Shown: in pieces, positions 12,210 through 24,870 of the stretch
Numbering within the stretch: position 1 is the stretch's first letter
How the letters are laid out: every line of letters starts with the position of its first letter
Assembly (NCBI RefSeq): GCF_001194135.2
Contig: NC_068987.1
Coordinates: 49,784,925-49,834,732, forward strand
Source of the DNA: Octopus bimaculoides
Lineage: Eukaryota
DNA length: 49,808 bases
Direction of reading: 5' to 3'
Program-made: the position numbers and the translations under genes
The notes under the pieces: model-generated
The model's input: the letters and a program-made list of their open reading frames with translations, nothing else
What the model was told of the DNA's origin: nothing
Databases searched by the model: none

Positions 12210-12580
12210 TATTTCCTTATAAGCCATATGGCTGCAGATTACCAAGCCCTCATTTGGCAAGTTTGCTGACTTTTTTGGATATATTTTCATAATGGACTGT
12301 TAAACCTGTGCTATCATTGCATTATTGACTACATCAAGGCAACAAGACTTGAATAGTTCTATTCTCAAGCCTCACCTGCCACTCACAAAATGACCTCATT
12401 ATTGTGAGTGGTTACTTCAATGCATATAAAAAGTCAGAAGCCTCAAAAAATAATCAAAGGAAGAAAGGTCTGGAGAACCTTAACTGATGCTTATTATTTG
12501 AAATAGGGCACAAGGAAATCAAGAGATGATCTTTAGCTAATAGAACATAAATAATATAATATAACAAGTAAATATGATAT

Positions 12581-12795
12581 TGATTTCAAATTTTGGCACA
12601 AGGTCAGCAATTTCGGTAGAGGGGTAAGTCAATTACATCAACCCCAATGGTGTTACTAATACTTATTTTATCGACCCTGAAAGAATGAAAAGCAAAGTCT
12701 ACCTTAGTGGAATGTGAACTCAGAACATGAAGATGGACTAAATGCCGCTAAGCATTTTGCCTGGCATGCTAACGATTCTGCCACCTTGCTGCCTT
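12581..12795 (-). mobile_element. tRNA-SINE family B
   Basis: Reverse complement of the copy at 47657; flanked by acaagtaaatat repeats. Confidence 0.8.
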
Positions 12796-12864
12796 ACAAG
12801 TAAATATAATATTAAGCTTCTTAGAAGGATCTAGAGCAAGATTAAAAGTGGTTTAAAACTGACT

Positions 12865-13067
12865 CGCTTAAATCATTCCCTGATTCTGTGATATAAACTG
12901 TCTGTTTTAAAGTTATCTAAAGTATAATCTTCCATTAAAATTTAATATTATGTTCAAAGCATCAGCACAACAACAAAGTATTTTCACTAAATTCTTCATT
13001 ATTTTCAAAATTATTTGAAGTGAAGGTAGTGTATTTCAACAGAAATATAATAACAAAAAGGTTAATT
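12865..13067. mobile_element. piggyBac-like MITE family 1
   Basis: ...ttcactaaattcttcattattttcaaaatt...aacaaaaaggttaa. Confidence 0.6.
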
Positions 13068-13779
13068 AGTTTTAAAACATAGTACTTTAGGCTTTAAGCT
13101 AGTAATTAGCAAGCTATAATTTCATCTAATCTGACATATGTTGGAGTAATTATTACGTCTTGAAATTCTTATATATCAGATTAATTTAAATTGTGTTGAT
13201 TTCTTAGATAAGAAGATATTTTAATCAGTTGTTACATGTATATAAACAGTTGTTACATATATATAACATTTAAAATATGTTGATCAAATGAGAAAATGAA
13301 AAAAATAGAATCTCTTACTTTAAGGGTAAAGTTTTGTTGACACAATGTGTTTATCATTAGTATGTGTCAGATAAAGAGTGTCAAATGTCAAATTTCTTGC
13401 TCGGTGGATTACTCATCAGCCGGTCATTAACTTTATTGACTACAAACTTAGGTGAAATGATTCTTAGCAGTTCAAGAAACAAACATATGGACTCAGTCCA
13501 GTGGAACATCACTAATAAAAGATGCTAACATCAAGTACAGATTTTGAAACAATTCAATGAGGTGGTTGACTATGCCATCTCTAGTACCCAGTCCTTACCA
13601 ATTCCAAGTATATTCACAAATGTAATTGAATCAAAAGCTATGCTCATGTAAACAGTGTGCTGACATTTTGAGGTAAAAATAGACAGAAGATGGTATAAAC
13701 ATGTTCTAAATGACAATTACTTGGTTACATTCATTAGGATTATGTCTATCCTGACTGACAATGGGATCTCCTACATTTC

Positions 13780-14320
13780 CAGGTGTACTTCCACATCTAT
13801 GAGATGGGCACAGCATTGTCTTTTAGGGATGTAGAATTGTGTTAGTTTGAAAACTAAAACAAGTGTATGCAAATCTTATATTTTGAGCACACTTTTGTAT
13901 GGGGAAAAAGTATGGACTCCCTACATCAGGTATAAAAAGGAACTTGAAACTTTTCACAGGCACTGTCTGTGCAATATCTGCAATATCTGCAACATAACAT
14001 GGCAAAATAAGATATCAAATGTCAAAATTTTAGAAACATGATACCTCCTGTGTCGAAAGTATGCTGTTGAGAATTCAGTGTTGATGGGCAGGATGTGTTC
14101 AAATGCAAGATGATTGCATTCCAAAACTTGTTTTGTAAGGCCATCAACTAGAGGGATTCCACAGTAAAAAAAAAAAAGACCCCTGCTAAGGTATAAAGAT
14201 AAGCTGAAACAATCAATGAAATTCCTGTAGCTTAACGTGACATCTTGGGAAAATTATTGCCTTGATCGATCTGAGTGGCATAAAATGTGTCATGATGCAT
14301 CTAAATAATTTGAGTTGAAG
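13780..14320 (+). mobile_element. Old RTE/BovB-like LINE RT C-terminal fragment
   Basis: LKTKTSVCKSYILSTLLYGEKVW..LETFHRHCL..ITWQNKISNVKIL..RYKDKLK. Confidence 0.75.
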
Positions 14321-14490
14321 AAACAAGAACTTTATCCTATAATCAACTGACAAATTGTCCAATCTCAGGCAAAATCGAAGTTAACATTGTCCCCATTGTG
14401 ACTTTATATTTTGCTTTTAATCCTTTCCTTCAAACACTCATAAATTCAAATTGACAGGAGTGACCACCACCACCATCGTTGTTGTTATTA

Positions 14491-14529
<39 letters not shown>

Positions 14530-14547
14530 CTTTTTTATATTTTCCAG

Positions 14548-14711
14548 ATTATTTTTGACACCTGACCAAATAGATTTATTTATTGTACATTATTTTGGCT
14601 TTTTCCTTGATCTCACCATTGGATTTTTTCTATTCTTTGATATAACCCGACCATATGCCTTTGTTTTTGGAATGAGTTTTCATTTAATGAACTCGCAAAT
14701 ATTTAATATAG
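14548..14711 (+). CDS. GGCX: GGCX coding exon (exon 7 equivalent)
   Basis: ccag|A..G|gtaagc; 164 nt; LFLTPDQIDLFIVHYFGFFLDLTIGFFLFFDITRPYAFVFGMSFHLMNSQIFNIG. Confidence 0.97.
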
Positions 14712-14904
14712 GTAAGCCATCAACTAATCTAAACCTGCTTTAATTTTGTAGTATATATTGCTGTTTTCCTACTGGCCTCTATGTTTGCAAACATTGTAGA
14801 AATAATCTGAAATATAGTCCATTTGATGTGGAATGTTACTGAATAAGAATAGTTGAACCTAAATGTATTGAAAAAAGAAGATAAGCATTAAAGGGATGGG
14901 CTTT

Positions 14905-15235
14905 AAAAGTGGTGAAGAAGTTTGGTTCTCAATCACATGGTTTCAGGTTCAGCTCTACTGCATAGCAATGGCATCTTAGGCAAGTGTTTTTTTACCATAA
15001 CCCCGGACCAACCAAAGCCTTGTGACTGAATTGTGTAGACAGAAGCTGAAAGAAGTCCAACATATATATATGTCATCATCATCATCATATGTCGCTTTTC
15101 CATGCTGGCATGGATTGGACAGTTCAATGAATTCAGTGTCTGCTTTGACATGGTTTCTGTGGCTGGATGCCCTTCCTAACACCAACCACTTAACAGTGTA
15201 CTGGGTGCATGTGTGTGTGTGTATGTGTCCGCTTG
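14905..15235. mobile_element. SINE family A 5' half (+) abutting a family D element (-)
   Basis: aagaagtttggttctcaatcacatgg...gaaagaagtcc then catcatcat...ccatgctggcatggattggac. Confidence 0.65.
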
Positions 15236-15892
15236 TCTTCACATTATGTAATAATAGTAAAATGAATGTCACAGTCATACAACCAATGTCATTCATTTCT
15301 AATATTTTATGAAAACATGTCTGGCTATGGGGAAATATTACCTTACATGGAAACAGGTAAAGATTGGTGAGAGGATGATTGGTCATCCAGATGTAGAAAA
15401 ATTTGCCTCAATAAATCTGTCTGATTCATGCAAACATTGAAAAGTGGACATTAAAATGATGAGTTATATCTAATTTACTTCGTTTTTTTTTTTTGTTTTT
15501 TTTTTTAATATTTGAAGCCTTATAAATCTGAGCCTTACATAAATTAGTCTCTTTGTATTTCAATTTGCCATGTAGTCAACTTTAGTTAATTTATGTGTAG
15601 TATTCTATTACTGGGTTAGGATCTCTCTGCACTCCTCTCTCTCTCTCTCTCTCTCTCTCCCCCTCTCTTCCTGCTCTTTGATATTGTTTAAACCAATCAC
15701 CTTAGTTCTTCAACCTTACTAAATAAATGTATTTGTGCAAACTGTTTGTATAACCTTTGTTTCAGATATAAACTTGATAATGCTAATCAATTAACTAATT
15801 GCCCAGCTGTTGTTCTGTTACATAACTTGCATAGACAACTGCAAATTAGGAAATGTTGTTATAGTATAAATATTCTCATTGTCTTTGTGAGA

Positions 15893-16050
15893 ATATTGGG
15901 TTCAAATTTTAGCACAAGGCCAGCAATTCTGAGGAGGGGATAAGTCGATTACATCAATCCCAGTGTTCAACTGGTACTAATTTTATCGACTTCAAAAGGA
16001 TAAACAGCAAAGTCAACCTTGATGGAATTTGAACTCAAAACATACAGACA
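15893..16050 (-). mobile_element. tRNA-SINE family B
   Basis: agcacaaggccagcaattctgaggaggggataagtcgattacatc... Confidence 0.75.
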
Positions 16051-16695
16051 GATGAAATACTGCCAAGCATTTTCCCAATGTGCTAATGGTTCTGCCAGCT
16101 CACTACCCTTGTCCTTCTTAGAATATTAATGTCATTTAGGAAAGAAGGCAGTATAAAATATTAAGATTATAGTTTACATTATAAGAATTTAGAAACTTTG
16201 TGAGATACGAAGTATGTAGTTTTTAAAGGTGGACCTCAAAGCAGATAAAGCTATAAGTAATAGTATGTAAAGTATTGGATTGAAAAAAACACTATTTGAT
16301 GGCAAAAAGTTGAAGTCTCAAACTCGCATCTGTAAACATGACACACATTCTATGCTTAAAGAAAGTGTAGATTTAAATCATATAGATAATCTTCAACTAT
16401 TTTGCATCCAAAGGGATTTTTAATCCAATATTCTACATGCTGTTATTTATATCTTTATCTGTTTCAAATTCCACCACTAAAAATGTTATATTTTAAAAGC
16501 TTTCTTTCATTTACTAATTATGTCCAGGGTTGCTGGATCTTTAGATGTTAATAGCAATGCATTTCAAGAACTTGGTGATCCTGACCTTTGACTTCTCAGA
16601 AGTTCCTCAATCTAGTATCATGTGAATGTTGCTGTTGATGACTCTATATCTACCTGTTGCTTCCCTGTAACTCTAGGTTGGGTAGTTTTTGGGTA

Positions 16696-16892
16696 CTACA
16701 TCCCTTGACTATTACAGGTGTTATGTTCCCAAACCCCCCATGTTAGGTGAAAATTTGCAAAGTAAAAGCAGTATATTTTTTTAATCATTTTTATAATTTC
16801 TATATATTTATTTTATTATAAATGCAAAACAGCACCATGGAGGAATCGATGTAAGCTTAAATAATAAACCGCAATATGGCAAGGGATTACTG
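16696..16892. mobile_element. Tigger-type MITE
   Basis: Imperfect TIRs (atcccttgactattacagg / cgcaatatggcaagggattactg|TA); same family as 46986. Confidence 0.7.
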
Positions 16893-17269
16893 TATACCTT
16901 GCCAAAAGGGTAACCTGCATTTGTTTCATGATGGTTTATATGCATACTCCCTACTAACCCCTGTATCTAGAGGCTGTTCATTTAATCACTGCACGGGAAC
17001 ACTCAGCATACTCTCTGCTCCAACCCTGTCTGGTGATTTGGATTCAAGATTAAATCAAGTTTGATCAGATGATGATCAAATCCCTTACATAATCCACCTT
17101 ATCACCTTTCAACTCTCCCTTTTTCTCACTGATCTATTTCCTCTCCCTGCTATATTCCTCTAACTCCTCTTGCATACCATCCCTTACCTCTTCACTTAGA
17201 ATCATCACACACTGTCTCTCTCTTCCCTATTCTCCCTCAATTATAGGGACCACTTTATGCCCTCAACCT

Positions 17270-17480
17270 TGCAAGTTGCACTACTTGTGCTGATGCCATG
17301 AAAAAAAGTACCCAGTACACTCTGTAAAGTGGTTGGTATTAGGAAAGACATCCAGCCCTAGAAATCATCCAAAGTAGATATTGATGCTTGATGCTCTTTT
17401 CTGACTCATCAGGTCCTGTAAAATCATCCAACCCATGCCAGTATGGAAGCCAGAAGTTAAATTAAGATGATGATGATGAA
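17270..17480 (+). mobile_element. Family D RTE-tail element
   Basis: gtggttggtattaggaaagacatccagc...ccaacccatgccagtatggaag...gatgatgatgatg. Confidence 0.65.
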
Positions 17481-17729
17481 TTCTAGTTTGTCATGAAAAG
17501 AGGTTTAGATAGTTTTTCAGATTTTAAACTCGTGTTGATTCTGATGTCTTCAAACCTTCTTTTTATCATTCTGAGTGCATCTCATGCTTTGTTTTATCTC
17601 TCATAACGTTTTCATTCTCTGTATTAATGATCTATGTACTTTCACCTCTTTGCAAATTTCAATTGTAAATTACAATGCAAAATATTTTGAGAATGTCAGC
17701 TTGATGACTTTGCATAATAGAACCAAGCC

Positions 17730-18230
17730 CTTTGAGAGCTTAATATTGACCATTGATGTGATATTCTGCCCATAAAAGGATATAATCAGTCCTCAACTTT
17801 ACTACAAATGCTAGGCCTCACCCTCATTGTAAATTTCTCTTAAAGAGCATACATTCTCAATTCAGTAAAGACCATATCAAAAAAACCTGTGTTTCTCTTC
17901 AGAGCCAGAAAGAACTTCACTGACTTCAGCCCCTAACAACTATCAATTCTTTACAAAGCTCAGATAAGATCCACTATGGAGCATTGTTCTCACATTTGGT
18001 ACAGTACTTCTGTTGCAAAGCCTCCAGACATCCTAGACCACATCACTGCCATCACCATCAATATCAACAAAAATGTCCATTTAACTAATTAGCAAGAAGC
18101 TTCTGAATAATCCAATCTCAAACTTACTGATTATAGTGTTTCTTTTATCTGCCTCTTCAGCATATACTACAGTGGCCCTTGCTCCAACAAACCCAGCTAG
18201 TTTCATGAACCTCCACTCAACCACTCCTGG
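17730..18230 (+). mobile_element. Old CR1/Jockey-group LINE RT C-terminal fragment
   Basis: LYKAQIRSTMEHCSHIW motif at about 17950. Confidence 0.65.
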
Positions 18231-18635
18231 CCCACTCATCTATCCTCCTCTCATCATCTATATTGTGTGTTAGCTAGTCTCATGAATCCTAACTCAGCCA
18301 CTCCAGGCTCACTCATCTATCCTCCTCTCATCATCTATATTGTGTGTAGCTAGTCTTATGAATCCCCACTGAGCCACTCCTGGCTCACTCATCTGCCCTC
18401 CTCTCATCACCTATATTGTATCTAGCTAGTCTCATAAACCTCCACTCAGCTACTTCTGTCTCACTCATCTATCCTTCTCATTATCTATATTGTGTGTAGC
18501 TAGTCTCATGAACCTCCACTCAGCCACTCTAGGTTCACTCATCTATCCTATATCACATTACCTATATTGTGTGTAGCTAGTCTCACAAACCTCCACTCAG
18601 CCTCTCCAGGCTCACTCATCTATCCTCTTCTCATT
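18197..18635 (+). repeat. About 76-bp minisatellite, nearly 6 units
   Basis: Units begin ctagtctcatgaacctccactcagcc at 18197, 18274, 18350, 18426, 18500, 18577. Confidence 0.95.
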
Positions 18636-18718
18636 AGTGAAAATATGTAATAAACATAACTAAAGGCCTAATTAAGAAAAACAATAAGAATAAACATAAC
18701 TAAAGGATTGAAGACATT

Positions 18719-18935
18719 GGTTTCAAAATTTTGACAAAAGGCCAGCAATTTTGAGAGTTGGGGAAAGTTGATTACATCAACCCCAACGCTCAACTAGTAC
18801 TTATTTTATCAACCCCGAAAGGATGAAGGGTATAGTCGACCCTGGCAGGATTTGAACTGAGTATGCAAAGATGGATGAAATGCCGCTAAACATTTTGCCC
18901 AACATGCTAACAATTTTGCCAGCTCACTGCCTTAA
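18719..18935 (-). mobile_element. tRNA-SINE family B with TSD
   Basis: Flanked by aaaggattgaagacatt / aaaggattgatgatatt. Confidence 0.8.
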
Positions 18936-19425
18936 AAAAAAGGATTGATGATATTGACATATCTGATTACGTCTGTGTATGGAGAGTGAAAGAAATTTAA
19001 TTGGTTGGGTTTTCAAAATTCTTGTTCAGGCATAGCTGTGTAGTAAGAAGTCTGCTTTCCAACCACATGGTTCCAAGTTCAGTCTCATTGTATGGTACTG
19101 CAGGCAAGTGTCTTCTACTAAAACCTTGTGAGTGGATTTGGTAGCCTCACCCAACCACCAGATACAGTGCTGTCACCAACATCCTGTTGTAGCAAGCAAC
19201 CCTGGAAATATTGTACAGGGAACTGATGTTGCTGTAATATCAATAATACCATGTGACCTATGTTGACCAATGGCAGCCCAATACCCAGAAGCCATCTTGG
19301 TCTCCTCCTTATTCAGTCCTACATGCCTGATAAGTTAGGTTTGTTTGATGAAACTACAAAACTTGAGGTTGCATTGAAATGAATCAAGCAGTTGCTAAAC
19401 AATATATGTAAACAATACATATATA

Positions 19426-19598
19426 ATAGGCACAGGTCTGGCTGTGTTGTAAGAAGCTTGCTTCCCAATCACATGGGATCCAGGTTCAGTCCCACTGCAT
19501 GGTACCTTGGGCAACTGTCTTCTAATATAGTCGTGAGTTGACCAAAGCCTTGTAAGTGGATTTGATAGACGGAAACTGAAACAAACCTGTCATGTATA
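19426..19598 (+). mobile_element. tRNA-SINE family A 5' half (another at about 19026..19145)
   Basis: ggctgtgttgtaagaagcttgcttcccaatcacatgg...gacggaaactgaaac. Confidence 0.75.
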
Positions 19599-20545
19599 TA
19601 AGTGCACCAATCCGTACATTCGCCTATATGTATATACTAAACCACCCTTGCTTTTATCTCTCTATACTTTTTACTTAGATTTCTTATATATTTTTAATAT
19701 TTTTACTGATAAGACTTGCTGATAGGACTTTACTGATAGGACTTGCTTTCTATATTGTGTCTATGTATAAGCTTTTTATCTTTCTATACTTTTTACTTAG
19801 ATTTCTTATATATTTTATTTATAGTTAATGTTTTGTACTTTTTCCACACATATTTTTTCTGTTTTCTCCCCTCCACCCTGCTTTTTTCCTGTGCATCTAT
19901 AGACACGTACATGGAACTTTATGTGCGCGCTTGTGAGTGTGTACGTATATAGATGTATGTGCGTGCATGCAAAAATATGCGCATATAGACGCATTTTAAC
20001 CTTATAGGTTTTTTAAAAACTTTCTTCTATCTTTTGCTTTTAGCCCTATGATTTTTTTTGCGGGCATGTGTATGGGTGCGAGGTTGTTGAGTGTGTGTGT
20101 ATGCGGGTATATATATGTATATGTAAATATATGTATAGTTTTTGGCGGGTATGTGGGTGAGCATGTGTGTGTTTCAAGCGAGGGTGGTTGAGTATATACA
20201 TATAGGTGCATGTACGGATTGGTGCGCTTACGCGAACACTCTAGACTTCTCTACTTCCTTACCTTTACTCCCTCCCCTTACTTAGCGGTCTATAGCTCTT
20301 TTGTCTTAATAACGGTCAACCACACAGTAATTTCCCTTTGCTTAACGGTCATTTTTCGCAGGAATTTTCAATGGCTGGATAACTGAAGAGATGTTGGTGT
20401 GGGTTCCCACCCCGGCATCCGAAACTCGGAGTTTTATCATGGCTACCGATTAAGTGTCACATATTTTTACAGATAAATTCCTCTATTTACATAATATCGA
20501 GGTCTCTTTCTTTCTTTTGTTGTCCTTTCTATCAATATATATTTA
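19599..20545 (+). mobile_element. Penelope-type non-autonomous element with inverted 5' segment and hammerhead
   Basis: 19599..19653 is an inverted copy (50/55) of 20176..20230; hammerhead at 20378; boundaries approximate. Confidence 0.55.
20378..20438 (+). ncRNA. Type I hammerhead ribozyme, second family
   Basis: GAUAA-CUGAAGA-long stem II (20390..20420, GUUC loop)-GAA-ACUC(G)GAGU-U/UUAUC. Confidence 0.8.
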
Positions 20546-20557
20546 TATATATATATA

Positions 20558-21885
20558 TCATCATCATNNNNNNNNNNNNNNNNNNNNNNNNNNNNNNNNN
20601 NNNNNNNNNNNNNNNNNNNNNNNNNNNNNNNNNNNNNNNNNNNNNNNNNNNNNNNNNNNNNNNNNNNNNNNNNNNNNNNNNNNNNNNNNNNNNNNNNNNN
20701 NNNNNNNNNNNNNNNNNNNNNNNNNNNNNNNNNNNNNNNNNNNNNNNNNNNNNNNNNNNNNNNNNNNNNNNNNNNNNNNNNNNNNNNNNNNNNNNNNNNN
20801 NNNNNNNNNNNNNNNNNNNNNNNNNNNNNNNNNNNNNNNNNNNNNNNNNNNNNNNNNNNNNNNNNNNNNNNNNNNNNNNNNNNNNNNNNNNNNNNNNNNN
20901 NNNNNNNNNNNNNNNNNNNNNNNNNNNNNNNNNNNNNNNNNNNNNNNNNNNNNNNNNNNNNNNNNNNNNNNNNNNNNNNNNNNNNNNNNNNNNNNNNNNN
21001 NNNNNNNNNNNNNNNNNNNNNNNNNNNNNNNNNNNNNNNNNNNNNNNNNNNNNNNNNNNNNNNNNNNATGTCTTCGCAAGCGGAGTTTAGTGTCCAATGA
21101 AAGAATGTTACGCGTAAGTGGGCTGGCTACATCCCTGGCAGAGGCCTTGGATTTTGGTCTCATTTGGCTTGCTGGGTCTTCTCACGCACAGCATATTTCC
21201 AAAGGTCACGGTCACAAGTCAATGCCTCGGTGAGGCCTAATGTTCGGAGGTTGTGCTTCACCACCTCATCCCAGGTCTTCCTAGGCCTGCCTCTTCCACA
21301 GGTTCCCTCAACCGCTAGGGTGTGGCACTTTTTCACGCAGCTATCCTCATCCATTCTCACCACATGTTCATACCAGCGCAATCGTCTCTCTTGCACACCA
21401 CAACTGATGTTTCTTATGTTCAACTTTTCTCTCAAGATACTTACGTTCTGTCGGGTATGCACACTGACGTTACTCATTCATCGGAGCATACTGGCATCAT
21501 TCCTTGCGAGCTTACGCATGTCCTCAGCAGTCACGGCCCATGTTTCACTGCCATGTAGCATGGCTGTTCGTACACATGCGTCATACAGTCTGCCTTTCAC
21601 TCTGAGTGAGAGGCCCTTTGTCGCCAGCAGAGGTAAGAGCTCTCTGAACTTTGCCCAGGCTATTTTTATTCTAGCAGCTACACTTTCAGCGCACCCACCC
21701 CCACTACTAACTTGGTCACCCAGATAGCGGAAGTTATCAACTACGTCTAGTTTTTCTCCCTGGAATGAGACAGAAATTGTTTTCTGCATATTTACAGTGT
21801 TTATTGCACCTGAACATCTACCACATACAAAAACTAACTTCCTAGTTAGCCTGCCTTTGATATTGCTGCACCTCTTATGTGTCCA
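20558..21885 (-). mobile_element. 5'-truncated RTE-clade LINE (spans N gap)
   Basis: LDVVDNFRYLGDQVSSGGGCAESVAARIKIAWAKFRELLPLL..GSETW..RRLRWYEHV..GRGRPRKTW; same family as 1689. Confidence 0.92.
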
Positions 21886-22489
21886 TATATANNNNNNNNN
21901 NNNNNNNNNNNNNNNNNNNNNNNNNNNNNNNNNNNNNNNNNNNNNNNNNNNNNNNNNNNNNNNNNNNNNNNNNNNNNNNNNNNNNNNNNNNNNNNNNNNN
22001 NNNNNNNNNNNNNNNNNNNNNNNNNNNNNNNNNNNNNNNNNNNNNNNNNNNNNNNNNNNNNNNNNNNNNNNNNNNNNNNNNNNNNNNNNNNNNNNNNNNN
22101 NNNNNNNNNNNNNNNNNTATATATACACACATACATATGTATGTATGTATGTATGTTTGCGCAGTGACATAGAAATAATCGGACTGAATACCTGATTGCG
22201 CGGTTAAACCATTGGGAGTGAAGGACCCCTAGCCCTTGTTAGGGTATCCTTCTAGGAGAAGGAAACTCAGGCAACTGGGATAATTCCGACATAAAACCTG
22301 AGGCTCAGTGGTTACCGATGATGTTGAATTGTTCTTCTTTTTGGGTTATGGCTACTGTTGCTTAGTGAGTGGGATTGACTCAGTGCACAGCCTTTCCTCA
22401 CTTTAAAAAAAAATCTTCTTGCACAGGCACTGCACGATAACATGTTAAGCTTCGTGCAATGGCCATACTCGATAACAAGAGGGCAGCCA

Positions 22490-22955
22490 TCATGTATGTA
22501 TGTATGTATGTATGTATTTCTGTGTCTGTGTTTGTCCCTACCCCAACTACTTAACAACTGATGCTGGTGTGTTTATGTCCTCATAACTGAGTGGTTCAGC
22601 AAAAGAGACCAATAGAATAAGTACTAGTCTTATAAAGAATAAGTCCTGGGGTCAATTTCTTTAACTGAATACCCTTTAAGGTGGTGCTCCAGTATGGCTG
22701 CAGTCAAATGACTGAAACAAGTAAGAGAATAATGTGTGTGTGTGTTTTTATGTAGCTTTGTGTTGTGTTTGTTCCCCACCACCACTTGACAACTGGTGTT
22801 GGCTTGTTTACATCTCCATAACTTAGAGATTTGGCAAAGAATAAGTACTAGGTTTTTTAAAAAAATAAATATTAGGATAAATTTTGTTTGACTTGACATG
22901 TCAAGGCAGTGACCCTGCATGACTGCAGTCCAACAACTTAAACAAGTAAAAGATA
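22490..22955 (+). mobile_element. Two tRNA-SINE family A 3' halves
   Basis: ctgtgtttgtccc...aaaagagaccaatagaataagtactag...cagtcaaatgactgaaacaagtaa, twice. Confidence 0.7.
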
Positions 22956-23405
22956 AATTAAAATTAGTGTTGATTGATTACTTGAAGAATGAAGGAAATA
23001 GCAAAGCAAGTCAATTAAGGTTTGTTTGGAAATTCATTGCTCCTTATGTATGGTTGATTTAGTGGTGGAATTCACATGTAAGCACCCCATATAACGCCTC
23101 ATAAATTTTTTTATTTTTAAGAATTTTCAGAAAGTTTTTGCAAATTTGTGTTCTACACACAGGAATTCATATGATTGTGCAAAAATAAAATTTGTGTGTG
23201 TGTGATTTAAAGGCGATTTAGCTGTTGTTTTTAGCACATCCCATGACAACCTTACACCATCCTTGTTTCTTTGCCACTCTGACATGTATCTGTGTTTTTC
23301 AATATTTTTCTCTCCCCATAAACACATTTAATGGACTGATGATGCAGCTAAGACTGGTCCCCTGCTGGGATTTAAACCAAAAAAATTGGACTGTATGTAT
23401 TTTAA

Positions 23406-23625
23406 CCCTTTAGTGTTTAAACCGGCTATATCCAGCCCAAATATTCTACTTATTTTATGCTCAAACTGGCCAGAACCAGTATCTCACACCTACCCTGCAA
23501 TGTCATTCTAAAAATAAACAATTACATCTTTCAACTCTTGAAGCTACAAGATAATACCAGATTAATTTTTAAAAATGTAAATGAATAAGGATTACTTTTG
23601 ACATATTAATTTGAACGCTAAAGGG
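23406..23625. mobile_element. piggyBac-like MITE family 2
   Basis: TTAA|ccctttagtgtt ... aacgctaaaggg|TTAA; 220 bp. Confidence 0.85.
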
Positions 23626-23890
23626 TTAAACTGATTTTTTTAAAAACTGGAAAAAGAGTGGAACTTTTAGGATTTTGTGTTGGGGGGGGGGGTTAAAAAA
23701 AGTCTTTTTCTTTCATAATCATATGAATTCTTGTGTATAGAACACAATTTCGCAAAAATATTCTGAAAATTTCAAAAAATAAAAAGTTATGAGGGGTTGT
23801 ATGAGGTGCTTAAACCAGAATTCCACTGATTATGTTATTTGAATTATGTTCCTTTATTTATAAAATGCACAAATTCTGTTCTGTTTGCAG

Positions 23891-24045
23891 GAATGTTCCC
23901 TTGGGCCATGATGGTCACGATGACAATATTCTTCTATCCTGACTGGCCGAGGAAAATCTTCAAAATCTTACCAGAATCCATCTCCTCCCTGTTTCCAGAA
24001 GATGATCCAATCCAAAAAACCAATCATTGTATTTATGCTGTAAAG
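23891..24045 (+). CDS. GGCX: GGCX coding exon (5' part of exon 8 equivalent)
   Basis: gcag|GA..AAG|gtagaa; 155 nt; GMFPWAMMVTMTIFFYPDWPRKIFKILPESISSLFPEDDPIQKTNHCIYAVK. Confidence 0.93.
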
Positions 24046-24870
24046 GTAGAATTTTGTTGGTTTTCATCACCATCATTATCATAGTCATCACCACCACCAT
24101 TTAATATCTCCAAAAACTGACTGATGAATTTTCTATGAGACAGTAACTTAAGGATTATGGAGCCATGTTTTAGAAATAGAGGTTATGAGTTCAAACTCAG
24201 TCTGAAACAAGGCACCTAAAGACAGTCTTTTTGATCTGGTTGATTGAAATATAATTTCAAGCATAAAAACATTAAACAATAATTAACTTATGGCACATAA
24301 AATTCAGATTATTGATTTCTAACCTTGGCACAAGGCTACAGATTTTAGGAAAGTAACAACCAATTAGATATGAACTCAATTTTTCATTATTACTTTATTT
24401 TATCAACCTGAAAGATTAAAAGACTTAGTTACCCAAGCAGGAGTAAAGACAGGGCCATCATAGAAGCATGGTTGATCCTTGGGAAAAATCAATGCACTAG
24501 ACCCTGTTGTATCTATTTATTAACAGCGAGCGACAATATATGTAAATCATAATTGGGCTCTCAGGCCTATGAGGCACTTGGGTAACTGCCCAGTGTCCCC
24601 ATACTTTTAGATGGTAGTGTAGTAGTGTAAATTTAGATAAGTCATTCCTTATTGAAAGTGACCACTCATGTACTGACACTTGTGTGTGTAGGGTTAGTTT
24701 CTATGGCTGGATGTCCTTAGTGCTAACCACTTTTCAGGGTAAACTGGATATTTTCTCAAGGCACAAACATGAGAGAGATTGCGTATATATCAACAAGACA
24801 GGACAAATGGATCTCAAAACTCTGCTCAAGAAAAGTCAACCTCCTATTAAGAATTTTTAAAAATCATCAT

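Noticed and set aside
13390-13425. CUGAUGA...GAAA on the minus strand
   Set aside because: No stem I, II or III can be formed.
18197-18635. CRISPR-like periodicity (also 31540..32080)
   Set aside because: Whole units are repeated with no unique spacers; eukaryotic context and no cas genes.
22160-22490. Hairpin-rich segment, possibly a LINE 5' UTR with an HDV-like ribozyme
   Set aside because: Could not fit P1/P2/P3/P1.1 topology or assign a family.
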